A stretch of 63,711 nucleotides of DNA, the filler included, from Reclinomonas americana ATCC 50394 (lineage: Eukaryota): NCBI GenBank assembly GCA_048213135.1. It is 9 parts of 5 records of this genome, joined end to end, with 100 filler letters (N's around TTAATTAATTAA, not from the genome) between each part and the next. Parts side by side here need not be neighbours in the genome. Positions count along the whole stretch, not along the records: positions 62,429 to 63,711 come from PS015181.1; 8 more parts are not named here. One strand, written 5' to 3'. The notes below the pieces were generated by a model. It had not been told where the DNA came from. It did not search any database and saw nothing but the letters and a program-made list of their open reading frames with translations. The position numbers were made by a program, and so were the translations under genes. Shown here one piece after another: positions 63,687 to 63,711 of the stretch (positions within the stretch are counted from its first letter, which is position 1; each line of letters starts with the position of its first letter).

Positions 63687-63711
63687 GTGAGTGCCTCGCT
63701 GCAATTAGCTG

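Overview
Eukaryotic, GC-rich, intron-dense draft genome, probably a protist; NDUFAF6 implies mitochondrial complex I. The scaffold has many N gaps and eight artificial 100-nt linkers containing TTAATTAATTAA. Because genes are split by short GT-AG introns, the six-frame ORF track is mostly misleading, so gene models were spliced by hand. Main discovery: 1418-3122 looks non-coding but reads as 20 consecutive introns (62-111 nt) separated by 19 micro-exons (18 of exactly 3 nt, one of 2 nt). These fill the loop of a CxxC...CxYHPG...WxCC...GC...H zinc-finger motif. Second discovery: a common class of +1-shifted 5' splice sites (GTTGCGT/GTTGAGT/GTTTCGT), seen only after a non-G exon end. Other content: RhaT-like sugar transporter, LEA-like repeat protein, a ~22 kb adhesin-like gene (FN3-like, NHL, IPT/TIG-like and H-type-lectin-like domains), RS-cyclophilin, classical PTP, FAM210/DUF1279, an ML-domain protein, NDUFAF6, WD40 and TPR repeat genes and several coiled-coil hypotheticals. 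At least one contig (54812-56087) appears flipped. Domain calls come from remembered motifs, not database searches.
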